Positions 25,801-34,619 of a DNA stretch of 64,000 nt are shown here, piece by piece. A model generated the notes under the pieces. The model saw only the letters and a list, made by a program, of their open reading frames with translations. It did no database searches and was not told the origin of the DNA. The translations under genes and the position numbers were made by a program. How positions within the stretch are numbered: position 1 is the stretch's first letter; every line of letters starts with the position of its first letter. This DNA is from Spirochaetota bacterium (GTDB lineage Bacteria; Spirochaetota; Brachyspiria; Brachyspirales; JACRPF01): positions 29,887 to 93,886 of the forward strand of contig JBBTBY010000072.1 in NCBI GenBank assembly GCA_038043445.1, given 5' to 3'.

Positions 25801-28041
25801 ATGAGAATTCGGCTCAACGGAATTATCGCAGCCCTTATCGCAGCGTGCGCTTCCGCCCAGACAATTCCCTCCGACTACGTCATCGACACGGTACGCACAC
25901 CGCTTGCCGACGGCATGCGTCTCGATCTGCCGACCGAGCATATGGGGAACCGTACGCTTGCTGAGATGGGATATGTGGACGTAACAGCCGCCCCGTTCGA
26001 TGCCGATCCGAGCGGAAAGACCGATGCAACGAAAGCCCTCCAATATGCCATCGAATATGCCTGTACGAACCATATGGCATGTTTCTTCCCCTCCGGGACG
26101 TATCTCGTATCCGACACACTCACCTGCACAGCCCCCATGTATCGCCGGCAGAACGGCAAGACCACCGGCAGCGCGCGCAATGCCCCGAATATTCTCCTCG
26201 GTTCCAGAGCAGGAAAAGGTCGTGCGGTGATAAAACTCGCAGCGTCATCCCCTCGTTTCGGCGACCCGGAAAAGCCGGCATACGTCGTGTATTTCTGGAC
26301 ACGTTCCCTGGAAGGGCTCGACAGGGAATACAAGCCATCCGGGAATATATCAATGTCCCAGATTTTTGTCGGCATCGATATCGTCATCGGTGAGAACAAT
26401 CCGGGTGCGGTCGGGATCCGTCACCGTGCGGCGCAGGGCTCGAGCATTCAGGACATCACCGTCGATGCGACGCATGGCCTCAAAGGCCTTGAAGCCGGTG
26501 CGGGCAGCGGCGGCAGTCACCACCGCATCACCGTCATCGGCGGAGACATTGGCGCCGATTACACCGAGGCGCAGCCGGCACCGACGGTAAGCGGATTCAG
26601 ATTCATCGGCCAGCGCAAGCATGCGATAGTATACAGCGGCATGGAAACACTTTGCCTCGTCGGATGTTCGATGCAGAGCAGCGGCCACGGCCCGCTCATC
26701 GTCGGCAAGGCGCTGAACAAGTCGGCTGCGGAAGGGCTCATCACTGCGGTCGACTGTGTTCTATCGTTCGACAGCGCCGACAACACCACGGCAGTGGATA
26801 CCGAACGAAGCATCTATCTGAAGAACGTTTACGTGAAGAACGCCGCGCGCATCGCCGTATCGCAGGCATCATCGATACCGGGGAAAAGCGGATGGATGCA
26901 TGTAAAGGAGCTCGCTCTCGCCGTTGATACCGAAGCACATGGAAAAAAATATGTGACCGCACCTGTCATCGACGGAACAACGCAGGAAAGGATCGTCGAT
27001 ACTGCGGACGGCACACCGCCGGACGACATCGTCTCCCGCCATTATTGGAAGGATTCGCCCACGTGGGAACATCCGGATGCCGTGAACATGAAAAAGCTCG
27101 GCGCTGTCGGCGACGGCAAGACCGACGATACGGCCGTCATTCAAAAAGCGGTCGAAGGCCATGAGATACTCTTCTTCCCGCGCGGCGTATACCGCATCAC
27201 ACGCACGATAACCCTCAGACCGCGGACAAAGCTCATCGGTGTTTCCGAGCAGCACTCCATCATCGCGGCGACCATGGACTCGCCGTACTTCAGCGATACG
27301 CACAACACGAAACCGCTCATTGCGACAGCGGACACTTCCGACGCGGATACGCACATCGCCTTCATCGGGACATATTCCCCGGAGGAACTTACCGGCGCGT
27401 TCGACCTGCTCTGGCGTTCAGGGGGCACATCAGTGGTGCGCTCCTATCACGGCCATCACCGGCCATGGAACGGATACGGCTACAGCGGAAAACCGATAGC
27501 AGGCGATGAGTACATCGGCGCATACCTTGTCATTACCGGTCATGGCGGGGGCAAGTGGTTCAATTGGTATGCGGAAGGTCATGGCATGGTCTGGGGCAGG
27601 GAAGAACAGGACCAGCGTTTCCGTCAGGTGCTCATCTCGAATGCCGCATCGCCCTCGTTCTATCAATTCAATCCGGAGGGCTCGGAAAGCGCCGCACGTG
27701 TTGAAATAGTCGGTTCGAAAGCAGTGAACATTTACGGCCTGAAAAGCGAAGGCAATCATTCCGTGCTCTGGGCGCATGATACGGGGAGCGTACACCTATT
27801 CGGCTACGGCGGGAACGGCACCGCCCTGAGCGGCTCGTCAATATTCCGGTTCGAGAACGTCGACACCATCATCGTCGCCAACGCCATGCCGCGTCCGGCA
27901 AAGGCGGGGCAAAAGCTCCTCGGCAATTCGGTCACACAAGACCCGTCTACATGGCAGCTTATCATCGATCGATACAACGGGAATGACGGCGGTACCAAAC
28001 CGCTTGAACGGCCTGTCGTGTACCGGAGGGTGAAACTATGA
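25801..28041 (+). CDS. secreted double beta-helix protein, GH55-like (two Pectate_lyase_3-type domains)
   Basis: ATG 25801 (MRIRLNGIIAALIAACASAQ signal) within tool ORF 25708-28041. Two copies of the 'GA(V/A)GDGKTDDT..IQKA' type start: YVDVTAAPFDADPSGKTDATKALQYAIEYA and NMKKLGAVGDGKTDDTAVIQKAV. Confidence 0.6.
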   Translation: MRIRLNGIIAALIAACASAQTIPSDYVIDTVRTPLADGMRLDLPTEHMGNRTLAEMGYVDVTAAPFDADPSGKTDATKALQYAIEYACTNHMACFFPSGTYLVSDTLTCTAPMYRRQNGKTTGSARNAPNILLGSRAGKGRAVIKLAASSPRFGDPEKPAYVVYFWTRSLEGLDREYKPSGNISMSQIFVGIDIVIGENNPGAVGIRHRAAQGSSIQDITVDATHGLKGLEAGAGSGGSHHRITVIGGDIGADYTEAQPAPTVSGFRFIGQRKHAIVYSGMETLCLVGCSMQSSGHGPLIVGKALNKSAAEGLITAVDCVLSFDSADNTTAVDTERSIYLKNVYVKNAARIAVSQASSIPGKSGWMHVKELALAVDTEAHGKKYVTAPVIDGTTQERIVDTADGTPPDDIVSRHYWKDSPTWEHPDAVNMKKLGAVGDGKTDDTAVIQKAVEGHEILFFPRGVYRITRTITLRPRTKLIGVSEQHSIIAATMDSPYFSDTHNTKPLIATADTSDADTHIAFIGTYSPEELTGAFDLLWRSGGTSVVRSYHGHHRPWNGYGYSGKPIAGDEYIGAYLVITGHGGGKWFNWYAEGHGMVWGREEQDQRFRQVLISNAASPSFYQFNPEGSESAARVEIVGSKAVNIYGLKSEGNHSVLWAHDTGSVHLFGYGGNGTALSGSSIFRFENVDTIIVANAMPRPAKAGQKLLGNSVTQDPSTWQLIIDRYNGNDGGTKPLERPVVYRRVKL

Positions 28042-30440
28042 GCGATAGGATATTCAGTTCGATCATCAGGGCATGCATGATCCTGTGCACGACAGCCGTC
28101 ATTTTCGGCGACGATGCGTTCCCCGAAGATTTGATCAGCAGGATGAAAAAGATCAATAAGTTATCCGATACCATACTGCTGCAATATATCCGCTACATCT
28201 ATCCGCCGGTAAAACATCCTATAACCGGCGCACTCATCGGGTCGGAGGAGATGTTCCTCACCGACGTCCCCGCCGAGCTCGGCGATCAGAAACTCGCGAC
28301 ACGGGGGTATGTGGATATCACCGCCGCTCCGTTCAATGCGGATGTGTCCGGTTCCGCCGATGCCACAAAGGCGATACAGGATGCCGTTAACTTTGCGCGC
28401 GATCATCAGATGGCATGCTATTTCCCCGCGGGGACATACCGTATATCCGATACGGTAGAATGTCTGCAGAAAATAACCGTACGGGAGAACGGCAGGATAT
28501 CGGGCGGCGATGCCGTCCCCTGCATACTTATCGGGGCTTCCGGAAAACGGCCGCGGTTATTCCTCGCACCGAATTCGCCGGGGTTCACCGATCCGAACAA
28601 CAGAAAGATCATACTGCATGTTGTCAATTGCAACACCGCTTTGGAAATAAAACCCGAGCTCGGACCGCTCCATCCGCAGGCGAACATCAGTTTCAATCAG
28701 ATGGTCCGCGGCATAGACATAGTCATCGGCGAGGGGAATGCCGGCGCCATCGGGGTGCGCATGCAGGCGGCAGAGGGGTCGTCCATACAGGACATGACCA
28801 TCGATGCAACGCACGGCCATACGGGCATGCAGGGAGCCGCAGGGAGCGGCGGGGCGCATCACAACATGACCGTCATCGGCGGACGCGTGGGTATAGACAC
28901 GCGCGGCTTCCCGCCGCAATTTGAAACGAACAGTTTCGGCACGCAGCCGGGCCCGACGATGAGCCGTGTAACTCTTATCGGACAGACCGAAACGCCGGCC
29001 ATCGTATATTCGACCGGCCCCTTCACCGCGGCCGGATGGCATATCCGAACATCGTGCGACGTCGCCATCAGAGTATTGAACAATACCGGGCAGTATTATT
29101 TCAGCCAGATGAATCTCATCGACAGCATCATCGAATTCTCCTCGCCGGGCACGGTCGCCGAGGCATCGCAGGGGCTGTATATGCGCGATGTATTCGCGAG
29201 CAATACGGCACGCATTCACGAAGGCGTTGATGGAAGAACGCAATGGGCGCACATTTCAGAATACGCCGCCCCCGGAAAAGCAACGCAATACAAGGGAAAA
29301 AATAGCGTTCACGACATTGAACAGCCGGTATTCATGAACGGTAAAAAGCAGACCGCACCCTTCATCGGCGGCATCGATGGCCGGTCACCGCCGAAGGACC
29401 TATGCACGCAGCACGGCTGGGGTGACCAATTCCCGTCACCGGAAATGAAAGAAGCGGCGAACGTCAGGGAACGATACGGCGCGGCAGGCGATGGGCGCAC
29501 CGACGACACGAAAGCCCTGCAGAAAGCAGTCGATGAGAATGACATCGTATTCCTGCCGAAAGGGCTCTATCGCGTTTCCGATACAATCCGCCTCAAGTCA
29601 GGGACAAAATTGATCGGCGTACACCACACGCTTTCACTCATCGTCGCGTATGATCCGTTCGGCGCTCTCGCGGAGAACGGTCCAAAACCAATCGTCGACA
29701 CGCCGGACGATGCGAACGCTGACACTGTCATCGCCTTCGTCGGCATACGTGTGATGAAATGGTGCGATACCGCCCGCGCGAAGGGAATGGACCATACCGC
29801 ACCGTTCTATGCGCTCCGTTGGCGCACGGGCGAACGCTCCATGGTACGTTCGCCGTGGATACACCGCGCGTTCAGCGGCATTTCCTTCGCGGGAACGCAT
29901 ATCAATACAGGAAGGACGAACCTCACATGGAAACACCCCTTCATTCTCATCGAGGGAAACGGCGGCGGTAAATGGTATAACTTTTTTTCTCAAGGGGTCG
30001 CATACAGCGATACGCCCGATTTCCGCATCATGCAGATATCCGGCACAAAGAACCGGCTTTCATTTTATCATTACCATGCACAGCATTCGGAAGGCGATTT
30101 CCAATGCGGTATTACCGGCTCAAAAAACGTGAACTTCTACGGCGTAAAGACCGAATGCGAAACGGCATTCATGCGCATTGCCGATTCAAGCGCGGTGCAT
30201 ATTTTCGGCCATGCAGGCTGGGGCTCGGCGCTTCCCGGACTCGGGCTCTACACGTTCTCCGGGGGGTCGGACATCCTGCTAAGCTGCTTCGGAAGCTTTA
30301 TACGAGATGACGGCACCGGCGAAAAGGTGCCATGGCGGAAATTCACGAGAACGCCGTTCAATGAATGGCATCCCGTAGTCGATGACCATACGCAGTTCAA
30401 GATGCCGCCGACCGAGCGCGCAGTACTGTATAAAAGGTAA
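28038..30440 (+). CDS. GH55-like double beta-helix protein, paralog of the preceding gene
   Basis: ATGA overlap with the upstream stop. Collinear blocks with the upstream paralog, e.g. GYVDITAAPFNADVSGSADATKAIQDAV; GIDIVIGEGNAGAIGVRMQAAEGSSIQDMTIDATHG; YGAAGDGRTDDTKALQKAV. Confidence 0.6.
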   Translation: MSDRIFSSIIRACMILCTTAVIFGDDAFPEDLISRMKKINKLSDTILLQYIRYIYPPVKHPITGALIGSEEMFLTDVPAELGDQKLATRGYVDITAAPFNADVSGSADATKAIQDAVNFARDHQMACYFPAGTYRISDTVECLQKITVRENGRISGGDAVPCILIGASGKRPRLFLAPNSPGFTDPNNRKIILHVVNCNTALEIKPELGPLHPQANISFNQMVRGIDIVIGEGNAGAIGVRMQAAEGSSIQDMTIDATHGHTGMQGAAGSGGAHHNMTVIGGRVGIDTRGFPPQFETNSFGTQPGPTMSRVTLIGQTETPAIVYSTGPFTAAGWHIRTSCDVAIRVLNNTGQYYFSQMNLIDSIIEFSSPGTVAEASQGLYMRDVFASNTARIHEGVDGRTQWAHISEYAAPGKATQYKGKNSVHDIEQPVFMNGKKQTAPFIGGIDGRSPPKDLCTQHGWGDQFPSPEMKEAANVRERYGAAGDGRTDDTKALQKAVDENDIVFLPKGLYRVSDTIRLKSGTKLIGVHHTLSLIVAYDPFGALAENGPKPIVDTPDDANADTVIAFVGIRVMKWCDTARAKGMDHTAPFYALRWRTGERSMVRSPWIHRAFSGISFAGTHINTGRTNLTWKHPFILIEGNGGGKWYNFFSQGVAYSDTPDFRIMQISGTKNRLSFYHYHAQHSEGDFQCGITGSKNVNFYGVKTECETAFMRIADSSAVHIFGHAGWGSALPGLGLYTFSGGSDILLSCFGSFIRDDGTGEKVPWRKFTRTPFNEWHPVVDDHTQFKMPPTERAVLYKR

Positions 30441-30524
30441 TGCCATGAAACAGCCGCACACCGTGGACGAACGATAGAACGTCAATTTTGCATTTTCCGG
30501 CAACGGGATATATACTGTCCGCCG

Positions 30525-31520
30525 ATGAAGAACCGTTTCCTCGCATACATCGGCAAGCGCCTCATTCAGGCAGCAGCGACCTTTATCGGCATCATCACCA
30601 TCGTATTCTTCGTGATGCATCTCATACCGGCTGACCCCATACAGATGCAGAGCGGCGGCGCCATGGCGAAGAACCTTGACCGCTCGGTGGTCGAATCGGT
30701 ACGCAAGCTCTACGGGCTCGATAAGCCGCTTCACATCCAATACGCCATGTGGCTCAAGCAATTCTTCACCTTCGATTTCGGCCGATCCATCCATGACGAC
30801 CGCCCGGTGATAGTGAAGATAGGCGAGGCCTTGCCGGTGACGCTTGCGCTCAACATCCTTTCCATCATCGCCGCGCTCATCATCGCCATACCGATAGGCG
30901 TCCTCAATGCCATGCGCGACAACGGGATATTCGACCGCGTATCGAACATCATACTCCTCGTTCTCTACGCCCTCCCTACCCCCCTGGTGGCGCTTTCGCT
31001 CATCAGTATCGCCAGCATACAGCTCAATATCTTCCCGCTCACCGGCCTCGTGTCCGATGACTATGCGCTCCTCTCGTTCCCGGAGCAGCTCCTCGACATG
31101 TTCTGGCATCTCACGCTCCCGCTCATCTGCTACACCTACGGCTCGCTCGCCTTCATCACGCGGCTCATACGGGCGAGCATGCTCGATACGTTAAGCCGTG
31201 ATTTCATAAAGACCGCGTATGCGAAGGGGCTCTCCGAACGCGCGGTGATGCTCCGCCATGCGCTGCGCAATTCCATCATGCCGGTGGTAACGATATTCTC
31301 CACGCTCCTCCCCTCGCTCATCGGCGGTTCGGTCATCGTCGAGAAAATATTCTCGATACCGGGCATGGGATATCTCATGTTCGAATCGATACGCATGTTC
31401 GATTACCCGGTCATCATGACGGTACTCTCGTTCTCCGCCTTCCTCACGCTCATAAACATCCTCATCGTCGATATTTCGTACGTATTCATCAATCCGCGCG
31501 TGAGCTTTGAGAACACCTGA
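30525..31520 (+). CDS. ABC transporter permease, DppB/OppB/NikB type (binding-protein-dependent transport inner-membrane component)
   Basis: 331 aa. N-terminal 'FLAYIGKRLIQAAATFIGIITIVFFVMHLIPADP' and the EAA-loop region 'DFIKTAYAKGLSERAVMLRHALRN' are typical of the family. Confidence 0.8.
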   Translation: MKNRFLAYIGKRLIQAAATFIGIITIVFFVMHLIPADPIQMQSGGAMAKNLDRSVVESVRKLYGLDKPLHIQYAMWLKQFFTFDFGRSIHDDRPVIVKIGEALPVTLALNILSIIAALIIAIPIGVLNAMRDNGIFDRVSNIILLVLYALPTPLVALSLISIASIQLNIFPLTGLVSDDYALLSFPEQLLDMFWHLTLPLICYTYGSLAFITRLIRASMLDTLSRDFIKTAYAKGLSERAVMLRHALRNSIMPVVTIFSTLLPSLIGGSVIVEKIFSIPGMGYLMFESIRMFDYPVIMTVLSFSAFLTLINILIVDISYVFINPRVSFENT

Positions 31521-31537
31521 CGCGAAAAGGAAGCCCC

Positions 31538-32182
31538 ATGGCAGAAAAAATAGCCGTCATGCGCGATGTGCGCGCGGAGAACAACGCTATCGCCGAACGC
31601 ATTCGGAGCGAACACACCGCCCGCGGCGTATTCATCATCGATGTGCTCGGTGCTCCCGGCGTGGGGAAGACTTCCGTCATACGTGAGATCGCGAAACGCA
31701 TGACGCGGACGGTCACCGTCATCGAGGGCGATATCGAAGGAAATATCGACACCGTAGCGCTCAACGCGCTCTCCATCGACGCGTTCCAGATAAACACGCA
31801 CGGCGGCTGCCATCTCGATGCGAAGATGATGGAGAAAGCGTTCCGCGATCACCCGGTAAAGGATGATTCGATAGTATTCATCGAGAACGTCGGCAATCTT
31901 GTCTGTCCCGCCGGCTGGTTCATCGGCGAGCACATGAAGCTTCTCATCGTCTCATCGGCCGACGGCAGCGACAAACCGTACAAATATCCGCGCGCCTTCG
32001 AGCGAGCAGCAGGCGTCGTTGTCAACAAATCCGATCTGCTGCCGTATGTCGACTTCGACCGCGAGTATTTCATGAACGGCGTACTCGCCTTGAACAAGGA
32101 TGCGGTAGTGTTCGAGGTGACAGCTAAGACAGGGGTCGATCTCGATTTTCTGGCCGCATGGGTGGCGAAGAAAGCAAAGTAA
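31538..32182 (+). CDS. hypB: HypB-type G3E GTPase (hydrogenase/nickel-enzyme maturation nickel-insertion GTPase)
   Basis: P-loop GAPGVGKTS; EGDI; CHLDA; ENVGNLVCPA; NKSDLL. These blocks match HypB as I remember it. No N-terminal His-rich or CxxCGC extension. Confidence 0.8.
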   Translation: MAEKIAVMRDVRAENNAIAERIRSEHTARGVFIIDVLGAPGVGKTSVIREIAKRMTRTVTVIEGDIEGNIDTVALNALSIDAFQINTHGGCHLDAKMMEKAFRDHPVKDDSIVFIENVGNLVCPAGWFIGEHMKLLIVSSADGSDKPYKYPRAFERAAGVVVNKSDLLPYVDFDREYFMNGVLALNKDAVVFEVTAKTGVDLDFLAAWVAKKAK

Positions 32183-32203
32183 GCGGTTTCGCCGGGGGGA
32201 TAG

Positions 32204-33454
32204 ATGTTCATTGCAAGAGCACTATCACTATTATTCCTATCGTTCTCACTTATCATCATCCGCTCCGATCACCGTCATATCGACTACGACGATATCGATC
32301 GGTTCATTGCACAGATGAGCGTGCGCGAGAAGATCGATCAGCTCCTCATCCCCTTCGCAAGCTACACGACCGAAGCGTTCGGCGGGTTCATCTTCATGGG
32401 CGATCATTTCAACGGCACCGTGTTCTCCGATGTGAAAGCCGCCATGTCGTTCGCGCCGCCTCACGCGAAGCCGTTCCTCTTCGTCGACCAGGAGGGCGGG
32501 CGCGTTGACCGGCTTGGGCGCATGTTCGGCACCGAATTCCCCGCGCCGAAGGACATTCGCACCCTGCCCCGTGAACGGCGTATCGCCGAGGGAAGAAGGA
32601 TAGCCGCTGCGCTCTCGAAGGCGGGGCTCAATGCGCTCCTGGGTCCCGCGCTCGATATCGGCACACGGGATAATCTCATGGAGATATCGGGCCGCTGCTA
32701 CGGACGCGACGCGGATGAAGTGCGGACGACCGCAGGTGATATCATCGCCGGTTTACGGGAGAAGCGCGGGATACTCCTCTTCGCGAAACACTTCCCGGGA
32801 TATATCGCACGCGAGAACAGCGATGCCGACATTGTGTCGAACGATGCGAGCCCTGACGCCGTCGCCCGCTGCGCGGAACTCTTCTTCGACACGAACATCG
32901 CCCCCCATATCGCCGGATTCATGGTGAACAACATCTGGTACCGCAACTGCGGGGATGCCATCGGCATTTTCAATCGCGCGATAATCCGATATGCCAGACG
33001 CAATGCGCCGGACAAGCTCATCATCACCGACGATCTCTACAGCTCCTCATCGCTCTACTCACGGCCGATACGCAAGCACGCATATCTATCGTACATCAGC
33101 AATCGCTACATCGCGGCGGGACTTCCGCTGCCTGACATACTGCAGAACGATTACACTGCCATCACGAACGAATTCCCCTCCGCCGCGTTCAGGGATGAAT
33201 GCAGAAGCAATTTCTGCCGGGAGATAGGCCTCGTGGCGCTCCGTGCCTTCAACGCCGGCTGCGACATGCTCATGATAAGCGATTATCGCGGCGTGCATCT
33301 CGTGCGTGCGGCGTTCGGGGACGCGCTCAGGAAAGACCCCGCCATGCTTCGCGTTATCGACGAGCGCATCCGCCGCATATTGATCATAAAAAAACGAAAT
33401 GGGTTGTTCACGCCGTATCGCATGTATCTGGCGGCACCGGCGACCGCCATGTAA
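32204..33454 (+). CDS. glycoside hydrolase family 3 N-terminal-domain protein (NagZ-like beta-N-acetylhexosaminidase), membrane-anchored or secreted
   Basis: N-terminal hydrophobic segment. FVDQEGGRVDRL, KHFPGY and ITDDL blocks are typical of the GH3 catalytic domain. Confidence 0.7.
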   Translation: MFIARALSLLFLSFSLIIIRSDHRHIDYDDIDRFIAQMSVREKIDQLLIPFASYTTEAFGGFIFMGDHFNGTVFSDVKAAMSFAPPHAKPFLFVDQEGGRVDRLGRMFGTEFPAPKDIRTLPRERRIAEGRRIAAALSKAGLNALLGPALDIGTRDNLMEISGRCYGRDADEVRTTAGDIIAGLREKRGILLFAKHFPGYIARENSDADIVSNDASPDAVARCAELFFDTNIAPHIAGFMVNNIWYRNCGDAIGIFNRAIIRYARRNAPDKLIITDDLYSSSSLYSRPIRKHAYLSYISNRYIAAGLPLPDILQNDYTAITNEFPSAAFRDECRSNFCREIGLVALRAFNAGCDMLMISDYRGVHLVRAAFGDALRKDPAMLRVIDERIRRILIIKKRNGLFTPYRMYLAAPATAM

Positions 33455-33486
33455 TGCCGTGCCTATCGTTCCCTCTCGAGCATTGT

Positions 33487-34269
33487 CTATCGTCTTCGAA
33501 CGGCTTTTGGACGCATAAGAACATAGATGATACATGCGCAGATCAGAACGACAGCGCCGACGGTCATGACCATGACGGGCATGAGAACGGGATGATCGCC
33601 CGAGCGTTTTATCACGATGCCGACAAGGGCCCAGACTACGACCAGCGCATATGCCGCATCACGCCGCGTCAGGAGCATCGCAATGGTAATGGCGAGCGCG
33701 GCCGCTGTCACCGCGACCGTCCAGAATACCGGCGAGAGCCCGAACCCGTTCCAGCCGGCATGCACAAGAAGCGCCGTCACATTCGCGATCGTCGCTACCG
33801 TTATCCAGCCGAGGTAAACGCTCACCGGCAGATGGATAAGCCATCGCTCAAGCATCGTGACCTTCTGCCTGCCGATGCCAAGCCGAATATATATCGTGAT
33901 GAGCGAAATAAGGAGTATCAGCATGAGAAGCAGTGATGCGAGCACCTTCTGATAATGCCAAGCAAATATCCAGCCGATATTGGCGGCCGATGACAAAATG
34001 AAATAGATCCCGATGGTATCGACAGAAGCGTTCCTGCGCTTCCCGAAACCCTTGAGCTGATAGACCGAGAACAACAGCAGGAGCAGGTAAATGACGCCCC
34101 AGATGGCGAATGTCAGGCCGGCCGGCACGAAGAGGTTCGGATAGCTGTCTGAAAGCGCACCGGTAGTCCGGTTGTTGATCGGCAGTATGTTCGCAAGCAC
34201 GTTCACGGTCACCATCGCCGCGAACGAAAGCACGTTGATGATCTGCAGGACTCGTGTCTTCATATGCAC
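33487..34269 (-). CDS. polytopic membrane protein, TspO/MBR-related ('tryptophan-rich sensory protein'-like)
   Basis: 260 aa with about 7 hydrophobic helices. The N-terminal block NVLANILPINNRTTGALSDSYPNLFVPAGLTFAIWGVIYLLL resembles proteins I recall being annotated this way. Weak assignment. Confidence 0.45.
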   Translation of the reverse strand: MHMKTRVLQIINVLSFAAMVTVNVLANILPINNRTTGALSDSYPNLFVPAGLTFAIWGVIYLLLLLFSVYQLKGFGKRRNASVDTIGIYFILSSAANIGWIFAWHYQKVLASLLLMLILLISLITIYIRLGIGRQKVTMLERWLIHLPVSVYLGWITVATIANVTALLVHAGWNGFGLSPVFWTVAVTAAALAITIAMLLTRRDAAYALVVVWALVGIVIKRSGDHPVLMPVMVMTVGAVVLICACIIYVLMRPKAVRRR

Positions 34270-34396
34270 CGCTCCTCGTTCCGTTAGCAGATATTCGATC
34301 GATCGCAGACAGCCAACGGACGTGTTTCAGTATACTCCGCTCGGCATGCACGTCAATAGAGGATAGGCCGACCCAAACACCACGTAAGAAAAAAAT

Positions 34397-34524
34397 AAAA
34401 CCACGGAGGACACAGAGAATGCGATGGAGAACATAGAGAATAGTATGGCAGGATTCATCTTAGGGGTAAAAATACAAACTGCCTTCTACGCATTCTCGGC
34501 CTTATCTCCGTGACCTGTGGTTTC
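34397..34524. repeat. 128-bp gene-less mini-cassette bounded by imperfect inverted repeats of the same family that flanks the GxxExxY gene
   Basis: Left arm AAAACCACGGAGGACACAGAGAATGCG (34397-34423). The reverse complement of the right arm (34489-34524) is GAAACCACAGGTCACGGAGATAAGGCCGAGAATGCG. A degenerate tandem copy GGAGAACATAGAGAA sits at 34426-34440. Core CGGAGGACACAGAGAA matches CGGAGGGCGCAGAGAA at 48192-48207 in 14 of 16 positions. Confidence 0.6.
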
Positions 34525-34619
34525 TCTTCATTAACTTAGCGAGTATATGGGGCCGATATTCGCCTTGAAAACCAACACCCTTGTGATATAGTACGATGCA
34601 CATCGCAAGGAGTTCTCAC

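Noticed and set aside
30279-31109. 276-aa minus-strand ORF
   Set aside because: It is antisense to the end of the second GH55-like gene and to the ABC permease. The translation is Glu/Arg/Asp/His-rich nonsense.
31538-32182. hypB as evidence for a hydrogenase maturation cluster in this window
   Set aside because: No other hyp gene and no hydrogenase subunit is present within 64 kb. I reported it only as an orphan.
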